Source of the DNA: Paracoccaceae bacterium
GTDB taxonomy: Bacteria > Pseudomonadota > Alphaproteobacteria > Rhodobacterales > Rhodobacteraceae
Length of the DNA stretch: 59,639 nucleotides
Assembly: GCA_047639325.1 (NCBI GenBank)
Contig: JBLINN010000001.1
Location: forward strand, 1 to 59,639
Direction: 5' to 3'
A model generated the notes under the pieces. That model searched no databases, was not told the origin of the DNA, and was given only the letters and a program-made list of their open reading frames with translations. This document shows, piece by piece, positions 1 to 8,859 of the stretch; position 1 is the first letter of the stretch; each line of letters opens with the position of its first letter. The translations under genes were made by a program, and so were the position numbers.

Positions 1-762
1 GTCGTCGTCATCGTCCTCATCATCCCCGCCAGCAGGCAAGTTGAACAGGCTTTCGGCGTTAAGGGCGGGCTTGTTTTTGTTTTTGTTTTTGTCTTCTTCG
101 TCATCCGAGCGGCTGAGCGAGAAGGTCTCCAGACCTTCCATCGCCGTCGGAATCTTGGGCTCGGTGGCCATATCCAGAGATTGTTCGGTGCTGACCAGCT
201 TGCGCCGCTCGTCATCGGTCATCACGTTGCCTTCGGCGGCTTTCTTGGCGGCGGCCTTTTGCACGATTGCGTCCAGCTCGGACTGTTTGCACAGGCCCAG
301 CGCCACCGGGTCAATCGGCTGAATGTTCGAGATGTTCCAATGGGTTCGCTCGCGGATCGCCTGAATGGTCGGCTTGGTGGTGCCGACCAGCTTGGAAATC
401 TGCGCATCACTTAGTTCCGGGTGGAACTTGACCAGCCACAGGATGGATGCCGGGCGGTCCTGACGTTTGGACAGCGGCGTATAGCGCGGGCCACGGCGTT
501 TTTCCTCGCCCTGGGCGGCGGCGTTGAATTTCAGCTTTAGCTTGTGCATCGGGTTCGACTGCGCCGTGTCGATTTCTTCTTGCGTCAGCTGGTTGTTGGT
601 GATCGGGTCAAACCCTTTGACACCCGTAGCGACGTCGCCATCGGCAATGCCCTGGACCTCTAGCTCGTGCATGCCAACAAAATCGGCGATCTGCTTGAAG
701 CTAAGTGTGGTGTTGTCCACCAGCCAAACGGCCGTCGCCCTGGCCATGATAGGTATTCCCAT
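1..762 (-). CDS. DUF1013-family protein (TrcR-like), C-terminus runs off the window
   Basis: Absent from the supplied ORF track because there is no stop inside the window. The reverse complement from ATG 762-760 is open through base 1 (254 codons): MGIPIMARATAVWLVDNTTLSFKQIADFVGMHELEVQGIADGDVATGVKGFDPITNNQLTQEEI... This matches my recollection of alphaproteobacterial DUF1013 N-termini. The tail is acidic and KN-rich. Confidence 0.6.
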   Translation of the reverse strand, partial: MGIPIMARATAVWLVDNTTLSFKQIADFVGMHELEVQGIADGDVATGVKGFDPITNNQLTQEEIDTAQSNPMHKLKLKFNAAAQGEEKRRGPRYTPLSKRQDRPASILWLVKFHPELSDAQISKLVGTTKPTIQAIRERTHWNISNIQPIDPVALGLCKQSELDAIVQKAAAKKAAEGNVMTDDERRKLVSTEQSLDMATEPKIPTAMEGLETFSLSRSDDEEDKNKNKNKPALNAESLFNLPAGGDDEDDDDD

Positions 763-908
763 GCGCTTCTCTCCTTACGCAAATCCTCCCCACGCAAATC
801 TTTCCCGGGGCCTGGCTTTGCAGGCAACCCTGAGGCTCAGGGCGGGTTTCCGTTGTCGGGGAACTTCAGGACTGTATAGTCGCGCGCAAACAATAAGGAA
901 AGAGGCGA

Positions 909-1535
909 ATGCGCTGGCTGTTGATCTGGATATTGGCCGCAGTTCCTGCGTGGGGCGGCGGCAAGGCGGGCGAGTTTGACTATTACGTGCTGTCGCTTAG
1001 CTGGTCTGCAAACTGGTGCGCACGCGAAGGCGATGCGCGCGGGTCTGACCAGTGCGACGCGCGCCATGATCACGGCTGGACGCTGCATGGGCTGTGGCCG
1101 CAATACACCCGCGGCTGGCCGTCCTTTTGCCAGACTGCCAAGCGTCCACCCACCCGGGGGATGACCGCCGAGATGGCCGATATCATGGGCAACGCGGGGC
1201 TGGCTTGGCATCAGTGGAAAAAGCACGGCACCTGTTCCGGGTTGTCCGCAGAAGACTATTTCGCCCTGTCCCGGCGGGCCTATGACAGCCTGAACCGGCC
1301 CGAGGTGTTCCGCCGTCTGCAACGGACTGTGAAACTGCCCGCATCGGTGGTGGAAGAGGCGTTTTTAAAGGCCAATCCGGGCTGGGGTCGCAATATGCTG
1401 ACGGTGACCTGCAAAGATGGCTATATCCAAGAGGCACGCCTGTGCCTGTCGCGCGACCTGACCCCGGTGCCCTGCGGGCCGGATACGGTTCGAGATTGTT
1501 CGCTGACCGACGCGCTATTCACCCCGATCCGGTAG
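909..1535 (+). CDS. Ribonuclease T2 family protein, secreted
   Basis: Signal-like N-terminus MRWLLIWILAAVPAWG. HGLWP catalytic motif (WTLHGLWPQ) and KHGTC motif. Confidence 0.85.
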   Translation: MRWLLIWILAAVPAWGGGKAGEFDYYVLSLSWSANWCAREGDARGSDQCDARHDHGWTLHGLWPQYTRGWPSFCQTAKRPPTRGMTAEMADIMGNAGLAWHQWKKHGTCSGLSAEDYFALSRRAYDSLNRPEVFRRLQRTVKLPASVVEEAFLKANPGWGRNMLTVTCKDGYIQEARLCLSRDLTPVPCGPDTVRDCSLTDALFTPIR

Positions 1536-1609
1536 GGTGTGCATTTTGCGCACCTTTACAGCGGCCAACGGCACGGTACCAGTCAGGGAAGGTGCGCAGA
1601 ATGCACACC

Positions 1610-2110
1610 CTACGATCCGGACGCCGCCTGACATTTTCGGGCATATTCGATAGCCTTGCCAGACCCTTTCAGGTCAATCGCCATCACCTTGGCCCCGGCC
1701 TGGCCAAACACTGTCATCACCTGGCGTTTGGCGATCGCCTCGACAAAGGACCGGTCGTCAAAGAACACCCCTGCCCCCGGCACCTTGCCCAGATAGAACC
1801 CGATTGCTTTGGCGTCAAAGCTCTGCCCGTCCAGATCAAAGGTGATATCATAGGTCTTGCCCTTTTCGATCTGTCCCCAGGCCATGTTGAACACCACAAA
1901 ATAGCCCCGGTTGTTTTCGGCGTCATAACCGATCCGCACCACCGACAGGTCTTCAAAGATGTTCTGGATCAGGCAGCCATTACCCATCTGCGGATCGACC
2001 ATAACGTTCCAACCTGCGACAAATCCTTTGTCGATCAGGTCCTGGGCCCAGGCCACCATAGGCGCGACTGCCAACAGGGCGGCCAGCAGCGGTGCACTCA
2101 AATATTTCAT
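1610..2110 (-). CDS. Secreted hypothetical protein (paralogue A)
   Basis: Signal peptide MKYLSAPLLAALLAVAPMVAWA. Shares GWxVMxDPxxGxGCLIQ and SVVRIGxD blocks with the ORF at 2251-2745. Confidence 0.6.
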   Translation of the reverse strand: MKYLSAPLLAALLAVAPMVAWAQDLIDKGFVAGWNVMVDPQMGNGCLIQNIFEDLSVVRIGYDAENNRGYFVVFNMAWGQIEKGKTYDITFDLDGQSFDAKAIGFYLGKVPGAGVFFDDRSFVEAIAKRQVMTVFGQAGAKVMAIDLKGSGKAIEYARKCQAASGS

Positions 2111-2250
2111 GTCATGTCTCTCCTGTCACAAAATGGCGGTGGCTACCCCGCAGCCTGCCCTGATCGGGCTTGCGGTGCCATGCGTCAGATTTCACGCGCC
2201 CCCGTCACGTTTCCAGGCCAGATATCGCCCGGCCAACCCCGCGCGCGGGG

Positions 2251-2745
2251 TTAGCCCATTTCCTCCTGACAGGCGATCACCGCCTCTAGTCCGGTATAGG
2301 TGCCGCCCAAATCAATCGACATCACCTCGCCGTATTCGCTGTACAGCGTCATGTTGATTTTCTCCGCGATGGCAAACAGGAAATCCGTGCTGTCAAAATG
2401 GATGTCAGCCCCCGGAACGTCGTTCAGATAGATGCCTATCGCCTCGCCCTCAAACTCTTCGCCGTCCAGCACAAACTGAATATCATAGACGCCGCCTTCT
2501 TCGATATCACCCCAGGCGTCGTTAAAGGCGGTGATATATCCGTCGCCAGCCAGCCGGTCAAAGCCGATACGGACCACCGATCCATCCTGATAGGCCGCCT
2601 GAATCAGGCAGCCATCCCCAAGGCTGGGATCAATCATCACGTCCCAGCCTGCGGCGGTGCCCCATTGTTCCAGCTGTTGCGCCTGGGCAAGGCCCGCCGC
2701 ACCGATCAGCCCCAAGGCTAAGATTAGTCCTGATACCGTTTTCAT
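2251..2745 (-). CDS. Secreted hypothetical protein (paralogue B)
   Basis: Signal peptide MKTVSGLILALGLIGAAGLAQA. Collinear similarity to the ORF at 1610-2110. Confidence 0.6.
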   Translation of the reverse strand: MKTVSGLILALGLIGAAGLAQAQQLEQWGTAAGWDVMIDPSLGDGCLIQAAYQDGSVVRIGFDRLAGDGYITAFNDAWGDIEEGGVYDIQFVLDGEEFEGEAIGIYLNDVPGADIHFDSTDFLFAIAEKINMTLYSEYGEVMSIDLGGTYTGLEAVIACQEEMG

Positions 2746-2915
2746 TAATCGCTCTCCGCTTGCAGGGGTGTTGAATATGAAAACCCTGACACCAGCACCA
2801 AACTGCCCTGCATTCCCAGAACAGTAGATCAGATTTTCAAGTGTTCCAAACGGAAACTGACCGCTGAAATACAGGTTTTCGCCTGCAGGTTCGGCTGGTT
2901 ACCCCGTGCGCAGGC

Positions 2916-3899
2916 CTACGCCACCTTCAGAACAATCTTGCCAATATGCCCCGAACTTTCCATCCGCGCATGCGCCGCTGCCGCGTCAGTCAGGTCAAAT
3001 TCGCTGTCCATCACCGGGGCCACCCGTCCGGACTCTAACAGTGGCCAGGCCAATTCGCGCAGGTCCTGCGCGATCCGTGCCTTGGCCAAATCGCTTTGCG
3101 GGCGCAGGGTGCTGCCGGTGATTGTCAGGCGCCGCACCATCAGCAGGGCAAAGTTCAGCTCTACCACTGGGCCTTGCAGAAACGCGATCTGCACCAGACG
3201 GCCATCATCGGCCAGCGCCTTGATATTGCGTGGGATATAACTGCCACCAACCATGTCCAGGATCAGGTTCGCCCCACCCTCGGCGCGCATCACCTCGACA
3301 AAATCCGCGTCGCGATAGTTGATCGCTTGTTCAGCCCCCAGATCAAGGCAGGCCTGGCATTTTTCGTCCGACCCGGCGGTGGTGAACACCCGCGCGCCAA
3401 AGGCATTGGCCAGTTGGATCGCCGTGGTGCCAATACCGCTGGACCCGCCATGCACCAAGAACCGCTCGCCCGCCTGCAACCCGCCACGAGTGAACACGTT
3501 GGACCAGACGGTAAAGAAGGTTTCCGGCAAGCAGGCGGCCTGTTTCATGTCCAAACCCGCAGGCACCGGCAGGCAATGCGCCGCAGGGGTCGCCACATAA
3601 TCGGCATATCCGCCACCGGGCAACAGCGCACACACCTGATCGCCAATCGCCAGATCGCTGACGCCCGCGCCCAGCGCGACCACCTCGCCCGAGGCCTCTA
3701 GCCCCGGCAGGTCGCTGGCGCCCGGGGGCGGCGCATAGGCCCCTGCCCGCTGCAACGCATCCGGCCGGTTCACGCCCGCATAGGCCACCCGCAGTACGAT
3801 CTGGCCATGCGCCGGTTCGGGGATCGGGCGGCTGGTCAGCTGTAAAACTTCGGGGCCGCCGGGTTTCGATATTTCCATGGCGCGCATTGTCTGGGTCAT
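2916..3899 (-). CDS. NAD(P)H:quinone oxidoreductase, zinc-type alcohol dehydrogenase (MDR) superfamily
   Basis: MTQTMRAMEISKPGGPEVLQL...; nucleotide-binding VHGGSSGIGTTAIQLA. Start trimmed to ATG 3899, which follows a GGAG Shine-Dalgarno. The longer ORF to 4007 overlaps the upstream gene. Confidence 0.85.
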   Translation of the reverse strand: MTQTMRAMEISKPGGPEVLQLTSRPIPEPAHGQIVLRVAYAGVNRPDALQRAGAYAPPPGASDLPGLEASGEVVALGAGVSDLAIGDQVCALLPGGGYADYVATPAAHCLPVPAGLDMKQAACLPETFFTVWSNVFTRGGLQAGERFLVHGGSSGIGTTAIQLANAFGARVFTTAGSDEKCQACLDLGAEQAINYRDADFVEVMRAEGGANLILDMVGGSYIPRNIKALADDGRLVQIAFLQGPVVELNFALLMVRRLTITGSTLRPQSDLAKARIAQDLRELAWPLLESGRVAPVMDSEFDLTDAAAAHARMESSGHIGKIVLKVA

Positions 3900-3928
3900 T
3901 CGAGGCTCCTGCCGTCTGAGTTGGGGGG

Positions 3929-4624
3929 TCATCCGCGCGGCGTGGTTGTGCCGGGCAGGTCCATATCTTTGGTCTTTTGCGGTGCGCGGATCTGATTCAG
4001 CAGCCAATTTGGCCCGGCCAGCAACGGTTTCAGCGCCGGGTTATCGCGCACTTGTGCCTTTAACTTTTCGAACTGCATCACGTTATCAATTCGCCGGTCC
4101 AGAAAATCCCATGTGGCCTGATGGCCGGGGCTGTCATCGCCCAGCCAGAACAGAACCGTCGACGAATAGACCGCCGACAGGGTGGCGCGCTTGGTGTACC
4201 AGTTCACGTCGTCCGAGGTATCGCCCAGCGCTTCCCAGATCAAACCACAAGTGTTCCAGATCGCCCGTGTGCCATCCCCGGCATATTGTGGCAAGGCAAA
4301 CAGCGTCACCCCACGCCGCACCACCTCTTTGTCCTCCGCAACCTCAAGCCGAAAGCGCACGGCGGCGGCAATCCGGTCGCGAAACCGCATCTGCCCCAGA
4401 TCGCTGGCGGCAATCCGGTCCAACATCAACCCATCGCCGCGCGCATGGAACGCCAGCGCCAGATCAACCGCGCCACGCGGACACAGGGCGTGGGCCAGGG
4501 TGCCGTCGATACCGATGTCGGATATCGCCGCCCGGAAACTGGCGTCGGTCCAGCCGTCAAAAGGCACATGCAACAGGGCTGCGTCCAGCAACCGGTCTTT
4601 GGCATCATCGCGGTTTTGGGTCAT
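3929..4624 (-). CDS. COQ9-family protein (rpsU-divergently-transcribed protein family)
   Basis: DRLLDAALLHVPFDGWT... and the family-typical position divergent from an rpsU start. Start chosen at ATG 4624 after AAGGAAA. Confidence 0.7.
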   Translation of the reverse strand: MTQNRDDAKDRLLDAALLHVPFDGWTDASFRAAISDIGIDGTLAHALCPRGAVDLALAFHARGDGLMLDRIAASDLGQMRFRDRIAAAVRFRLEVAEDKEVVRRGVTLFALPQYAGDGTRAIWNTCGLIWEALGDTSDDVNWYTKRATLSAVYSSTVLFWLGDDSPGHQATWDFLDRRIDNVMQFEKLKAQVRDNPALKPLLAGPNWLLNQIRAPQKTKDMDLPGTTTPRG

Positions 4625-4736
4625 GTCGGGTTTCCTTGGAAATTTGGGCCCATACTGAACAAATTGGGGTCGTTTTGCCATAGGCCAATTTTCTGCAAAT
4701 TCTTGCAACTCAGCTTAGAAAGGTGGTGAAAACCAC

Positions 4737-4820
4737 ATGCAGGTTAGTGTTCGCGACAACAATGTCGATCAGGTGCTTCGTGCCCTGAAGAAAAAGCTGC
4801 CGCGCGAAAGGATGATGTAA
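4737..4820 (+). pseudogene. rpsU: Truncated ribosomal protein S21 (rpsU) 5' fragment, 27 codons
   Basis: AGGTGG Shine-Dalgarno at 4721-4726, then ATG. MQVSVRDNNVDQVLRALKKKLPRE matches the S21 N-terminus as I recall it, but the frame stops at TAA 4818-4820. Full-length S21 is about 68 aa. No S21-like continuation in any frame. Confidence 0.55.
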
Positions 4821-4863
4821 ATCATCTTTGGGACTGCCGCGGGGCAACTCGCCAGACGAACGA

Positions 4864-4896
4864 CCCCCGCGTGGAAACCCGGGGGGTTGTTTGCTT
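4864..4896 (+). terminator. Putative intrinsic terminator downstream of the rpsU remnant
   Basis: CCCCCG (4864-4869) pairs with CGGGGG (4880-4885), followed by the T-rich GTTGTTTGCTTT. Confidence 0.35.
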
Positions 4897-4975
4897 TATG
4901 GACCGATACATTCGGTCGTGAGAGACCACAAAATGCAACCAACCCGCCGGGAAAACCGCCGGGCTGCGCAACACG

Positions 4976-5419
4976 CTATAGTGAGGCGTGCAAATCCGGC
5001 ACAAAGGTCTGGTCTTCCATCGGGGGGCGGACATAGCCGCTGACGGGCGGGCGCTCGTCCAGTTCGATTGGGGCCGGGGTCAAATCTTGGTAGGGGATTT
5101 GCGACAGCAAATGGCCGATACAGTTTAGACGCGCGTGTTTCTTGATGTCAGAATTTACCACTCACTACGGGGCCTGTTTGATGTCCGTATGGGCAAACAT
5201 CATGTCCTTGGCGCACGAATACTCGGCCCATTTCTTGCTGCTTTCCAGATCCATATGGTGCCGCCTTTGCCCGCAGCCGCGACCATCAAAGATGATCGCC
5301 ACCTTGTGGCCGGTCTGTTTGACCCATTCCTGCAGCTTGACCAGTTCGATCTGCATCCGGGCAACCTCTGTTTCGTAAACCTCGTTTGTGATCTTCTTCT
5401 GGTCTTTGTTCGCCATCAT
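4976..5419 (-). pseudogene. Polyphosphate kinase 2 (PPK2) relic
   Basis: N-terminal block YETEVARMQIELVKLQEWVKQTGHKVAIIFDGR is fused to C-terminal blocks MDLESSKKWAEYSCAKDMMFAHTD and VVNSDIKKHARLNCIGHLLSQIPYQDL. The P-loop AAGKGGT is encoded out of frame (5257-5277). About 190 aa of the core are missing. In-frame TAG-TGA at 5162-5167 sits where PPK2 has APWY. Confidence 0.65.
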
Positions 5420-5536
5420 CTGCGTTCCTTGCCTGTCGGATTTCCCGACGCGCGCAGCCACACAATGCAGCACAGGCCCTGCGCCGCGCTAGGCGGGCAG
5501 GTCTGCGGCATCGGCGCACTGGGCTGGTTTTGCCTG

Positions 5537-7120
5537 TCAGCTGACGCCCAGAATCATGTCAGCCGCCTTTTCGGCGATCATGATCGTTGGTGCGTTGGTG
5601 TTGCCGCTGGTGATGGTTGGCATCACGCTGGCATCAACCACCCGCAGCCCGTCGATCCCGCGCAACCGCAATGACGGGTCCAGCGGGGCGGCATCGTCGG
5701 TGCCCATGCGCACGGTGCAGGTGGGGTGAAAGATCGTGGTGCCGATATCACCCGCCACCCGCATCAAATCTGCCTCGGCATCTGAATCGATGCCGGGCTT
5801 CATCTCGTCAGGCGCATAGCGCTGCATCGGGGACTGCGCCATGATGCTACGCGCCTGACGGATTGCCGCAACCGCCACCTGCCGATCGCCTTCGGTCGAC
5901 AGGTAATTGGGCGCAATACACGGGGCGTCCTGCGGATTGGGCGACGATATCTCGACACTGCCCCGGCTTTCGGGGCGCAGGTTGCAGACGCTGGCGGTCA
6001 GCGCCGGGAAATCGTGCAATGGCTGGCCAAACGCCTCGAGCGACAGGGGTTGCACGTGGTATTCCAGATCCGGTGTCGCCAGGTCAGGGCGCGATTTGGA
6101 AAACGCGCCCAGCTGGCTGGGGGACATCGACATCGGGCCGCTGCGCGTCAGCGCGTATTCCAGCCCGATCTTGGCCTTACCCCACAGGCTGTTGGCCAGC
6201 GTGTTCAGGGTTTTGGCGCCGGTCAGACGCCAGGCACAACGCAATTGCAGGTGGTCCTGCAAATTAGCCCCGATACCCGGCACATTGCGCAGCACCGTGA
6301 CGCCGTGCTTTTGCAATAATGCGCCCGGCCCAATACCCGACAGCTGCAATATCTGCGGGGTGCCAATCGCGCCCGCCGACAGGATCACCTCGGCCTTGGC
6401 ACGGGCGGTGATGCGGGTGCCGCCCTTGTCGTATTCAACGCCAACGGCGCGCCCGTTTTCGATCAAAACCCGCCGCGTATGCGCCTGGGTTTCCACCTTT
6501 AGTCCCTGGCCGGTGGTGGTGCGGATAAACGCCTTGGCAGTATTCATCCGCCATCCCGACCGCTGATTAACCCGGAAATAGCCGACGCCTTCGTTGTCGC
6601 CGGTGTTGAAATCCGTGACCAGCGGCAGGCCCCATTCCTGCGCCGCCTGCGCCCAGTGATCCAGCACATCCCAATGCAGGCGCTGGTTTTCCACCCTCCA
6701 TTCGCCCCCTGCGCCATGCAGGTCTGACGGGCCATCGACATAATCCTCGGATTTTATGAAATAGGGCAGCACATCGTCCCAACCCCAACCGGTCAGCCCG
6801 GCCTGCCGCCAGCCATCGTAATCCGCCGCCTGCCCGCGCAAATACAACATACCGTTGATCGAGCTGCACCCACCCAGCACCTTGCCACGCGGATAGACCA
6901 AGGACCGGCCATTCAGACCCGGTTCTTCGGCGGTGCGAAACATCCAGTCGGTGCGCGGATTGCCGATGCAGTAAAGATAGCCCATCGGGATATGCACCCA
7001 GTGGTAATTGTCCTTACCCCCCGCCTCGAGCAGCAGCACCTTGTGCCCGGCGTCTGTCAGCCGCTTGGCCAGCACGCAGCCCGCGCTGCCTGCGCCAACG
7101 ATGATGTAATCCCAGTCCAT
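5537..7120 (-). CDS. GMC-family FAD oxidoreductase (choline/alcohol dehydrogenase-like)
   Basis: MDWDYIIVGAGSAGCVLAKRL Rossmann motif. C-terminal [30 protein letters not shown]. Confidence 0.9.
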   Translation of the reverse strand: MDWDYIIVGAGSAGCVLAKRLTDAGHKVLLLEAGGKDNYHWVHIPMGYLYCIGNPRTDWMFRTAEEPGLNGRSLVYPRGKVLGGCSSINGMLYLRGQAADYDGWRQAGLTGWGWDDVLPYFIKSEDYVDGPSDLHGAGGEWRVENQRLHWDVLDHWAQAAQEWGLPLVTDFNTGDNEGVGYFRVNQRSGWRMNTAKAFIRTTTGQGLKVETQAHTRRVLIENGRAVGVEYDKGGTRITARAKAEVILSAGAIGTPQILQLSGIGPGALLQKHGVTVLRNVPGIGANLQDHLQLRCAWRLTGAKTLNTLANSLWGKAKIGLEYALTRSGPMSMSPSQLGAFSKSRPDLATPDLEYHVQPLSLEAFGQPLHDFPALTASVCNLRPESRGSVEISSPNPQDAPCIAPNYLSTEGDRQVAVAAIRQARSIMAQSPMQRYAPDEMKPGIDSDAEADLMRVAGDIGTTIFHPTCTVRMGTDDAAPLDPSLRLRGIDGLRVVDASVMPTITSGNTNAPTIMIAEKAADMILGVS

Positions 7121-7142
7121 TATGCCGCCGCCTTTTTGCGGG

Positions 7143-8048
7143 TCACACTAGCGCAAACTCCCGGCGGTGCAATCGCTGCCCAATGGCATTGGGTTTGGTC
7201 ATACCTTTGGTCCGGGGGGCCGCCAGCAAGGCGCAAGCCTCAGCATAGGTCAGCACCAGGCGCGCGGCATAGGTTGCGCCGTTTGGTATCGCCTTATCTG
7301 TTTCAGGCAGGGCCAGATCAGCCACCATATCGCTGTACAACAGGCTTTCGCACAGCGCCCCATCGGCGGTTAAAACTTGGTGCGATGCCAGCAACAGATG
7401 CACATAGGTGATCGTCGGACAGGGGATCAGCTGGATGTCGCGCCCGTTGATCATCGCCTTGGCGGGCACAAAAACCTCGGGCGCGCCAAACATTATTTCA
7501 GCGCGGGCTGAGTGCACCAGAACCCGATGCTGTTGCGACAGGCGCAAAGGGGCGTTATTGCCAATGCTGCCTGTTTTAAACAGCACAGGCGCGCCGCTGC
7601 CGCGCCCCGGTTGATGGCACTGGCCGCTCCAGATCAAAGGCATCGGCCCTTGATCAAGGGTCCATACGTCATCACCGGCGCGCAGATCCCCGGCCATAGT
7701 GGTCCCGCCCGGCACCCTGATCCGGGTCTGCGCCGCGAAGCAGACAAATGTGTGCGCATAAGACCCGTTGGTGTCAGTGTTATAAAACCCCGGCTCGGCC
7801 CACGGATGGTAGTGATCCCAATACCACCCATTCAGTTCGAAATCCGGGGTCCACACCACTTGGGTCGCATCACCGTTCTGGTCGGTGCCTGAGAACACAA
7901 TAATGCCACCACCGCCCGGGGCAGAATCGCTGCGCAAGACAACCGCGTCTTCCAACGTGGCACCGCCAGTGCCACCGAAACTGACATCATAGGTATCACC
8001 AACCTCAAAAAGGCGCGGGTCGGTATCGCCGGGATTTGCAGAGATCAC
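7143..8048 (-). CDS. Hint (hedgehog/intein-like) domain protein; true start probably further upstream
   Basis: CFAAQTRIRVPGGTTMAGDLRAGDDVWTLDQGPMPLIWSG is a typical Hint module. The frame stays open up to TAA 8175-8177, but only GTG 8048 or non-canonical CTG 8159 are in frame. Confidence 0.65.
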   Translation of the reverse strand: MISANPGDTDPRLFEVGDTYDVSFGGTGGATLEDAVVLRSDSAPGGGGIIVFSGTDQNGDATQVVWTPDFELNGWYWDHYHPWAEPGFYNTDTNGSYAHTFVCFAAQTRIRVPGGTTMAGDLRAGDDVWTLDQGPMPLIWSGQCHQPGRGSGAPVLFKTGSIGNNAPLRLSQQHRVLVHSARAEIMFGAPEVFVPAKAMINGRDIQLIPCPTITYVHLLLASHQVLTADGALCESLLYSDMVADLALPETDKAIPNGATYAARLVLTYAEACALLAAPRTKGMTKPNAIGQRLHRREFALV

Positions 8049-8263
8049 CAGATCATGGCTGCTACTGGGGGCACCATCAAAGCGGGACGTGTTGTATCCA
8101 CTGCCGACATTTGCACCGGTCGATGCGGCAAATTCATTATCCTCGGCATAAAATATCAGTGCATTGCGGCCTCCTTAAGCGCGCAACCTTGGTCCACGTC
8201 CGGCTAAGATCCCCTTAAGAGCCAGAAAACCAGACCGCAAAAATGCTGACGATTTTGTTGAAA

Positions 8264-8722
8264 TCATACAGGCAAGGCTGTCGTCTTGAACACCGTGCGC
8301 AAGGCAAAACTGCTTTGCATTTGCGCCACGCCCGGCAGGCGCGCCAGATGCTGGCGGTGGATGCGGGCGAAATCTTCGGTGTTTTCGGCGACCACTTTCA
8401 GCAGATAATCGGCTGCTCCGGCCATCAAATGGCATTCCAGCACGTCCGGAATGCGCGATACCGCCTTTTCAAAGGCGTCCAGCACCTCATCCGCCTGGCC
8501 TTGCAGGGTGATCTCGACAAATACCGTGCTGGGCACGCCCATCTTGCGCGCGTCCAGCAGGGCGACATAATCGCGGATATAGCCGTCCGCCTCTAGCCGC
8601 TGTACCCGGCGATGGCAGGCCGATGCTGACAGGTTCACCTTGTCAGACAGGTCGGCATTCGACATCCGGCCCCGAATCTGTAGCGCGACGAGAATCCGTC
8701 GATCCGTTGCATCCAGCATCAT
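8264..8722 (-). CDS. Lrp/AsnC-family transcriptional regulator
   Basis: LDATDRRILVALQIRGRMSNADLSDKVNLSASACHRRVQRLEADGYI helix-turn-helix plus a C-terminal RAM domain. Divergent from ald. Confidence 0.9.
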   Translation of the reverse strand: MMLDATDRRILVALQIRGRMSNADLSDKVNLSASACHRRVQRLEADGYIRDYVALLDARKMGVPSTVFVEITLQGQADEVLDAFEKAVSRIPDVLECHLMAGAADYLLKVVAENTEDFARIHRQHLARLPGVAQMQSSFALRTVFKTTALPV

Positions 8723-8859
8723 TTGCGCACGACCTTTGCGTGTTGTGACAATTTCTTCGAAGACTATTCGAATAGATCACCCAATTGCGAGGGGAAACAG
8801 CAAGAAACGCCACGCACATATGCCTATATTTTGGGCAACTTGTGAACAGGGAGCACAAC

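Noticed and set aside
2916-4007. Long N-terminal extension of the quinone oxidoreductase; similar extensions of ald (8785), the sulfotransferase (11139), GST (14136) and the peroxidase (53875)
   Set aside because: In each case an internal ATG with a Shine-Dalgarno coincides with the family-typical N-terminus, and the extension overlaps a neighbouring gene or promoter.
4828-5043. ORF that might continue rpsU in another frame (frameshifted S21)
   Set aside because: Its translation (MGLPRGNSPDERPPRGNPGG...) has no resemblance to the basic S21 C-terminus, so a simple frameshift does not rescue the gene.
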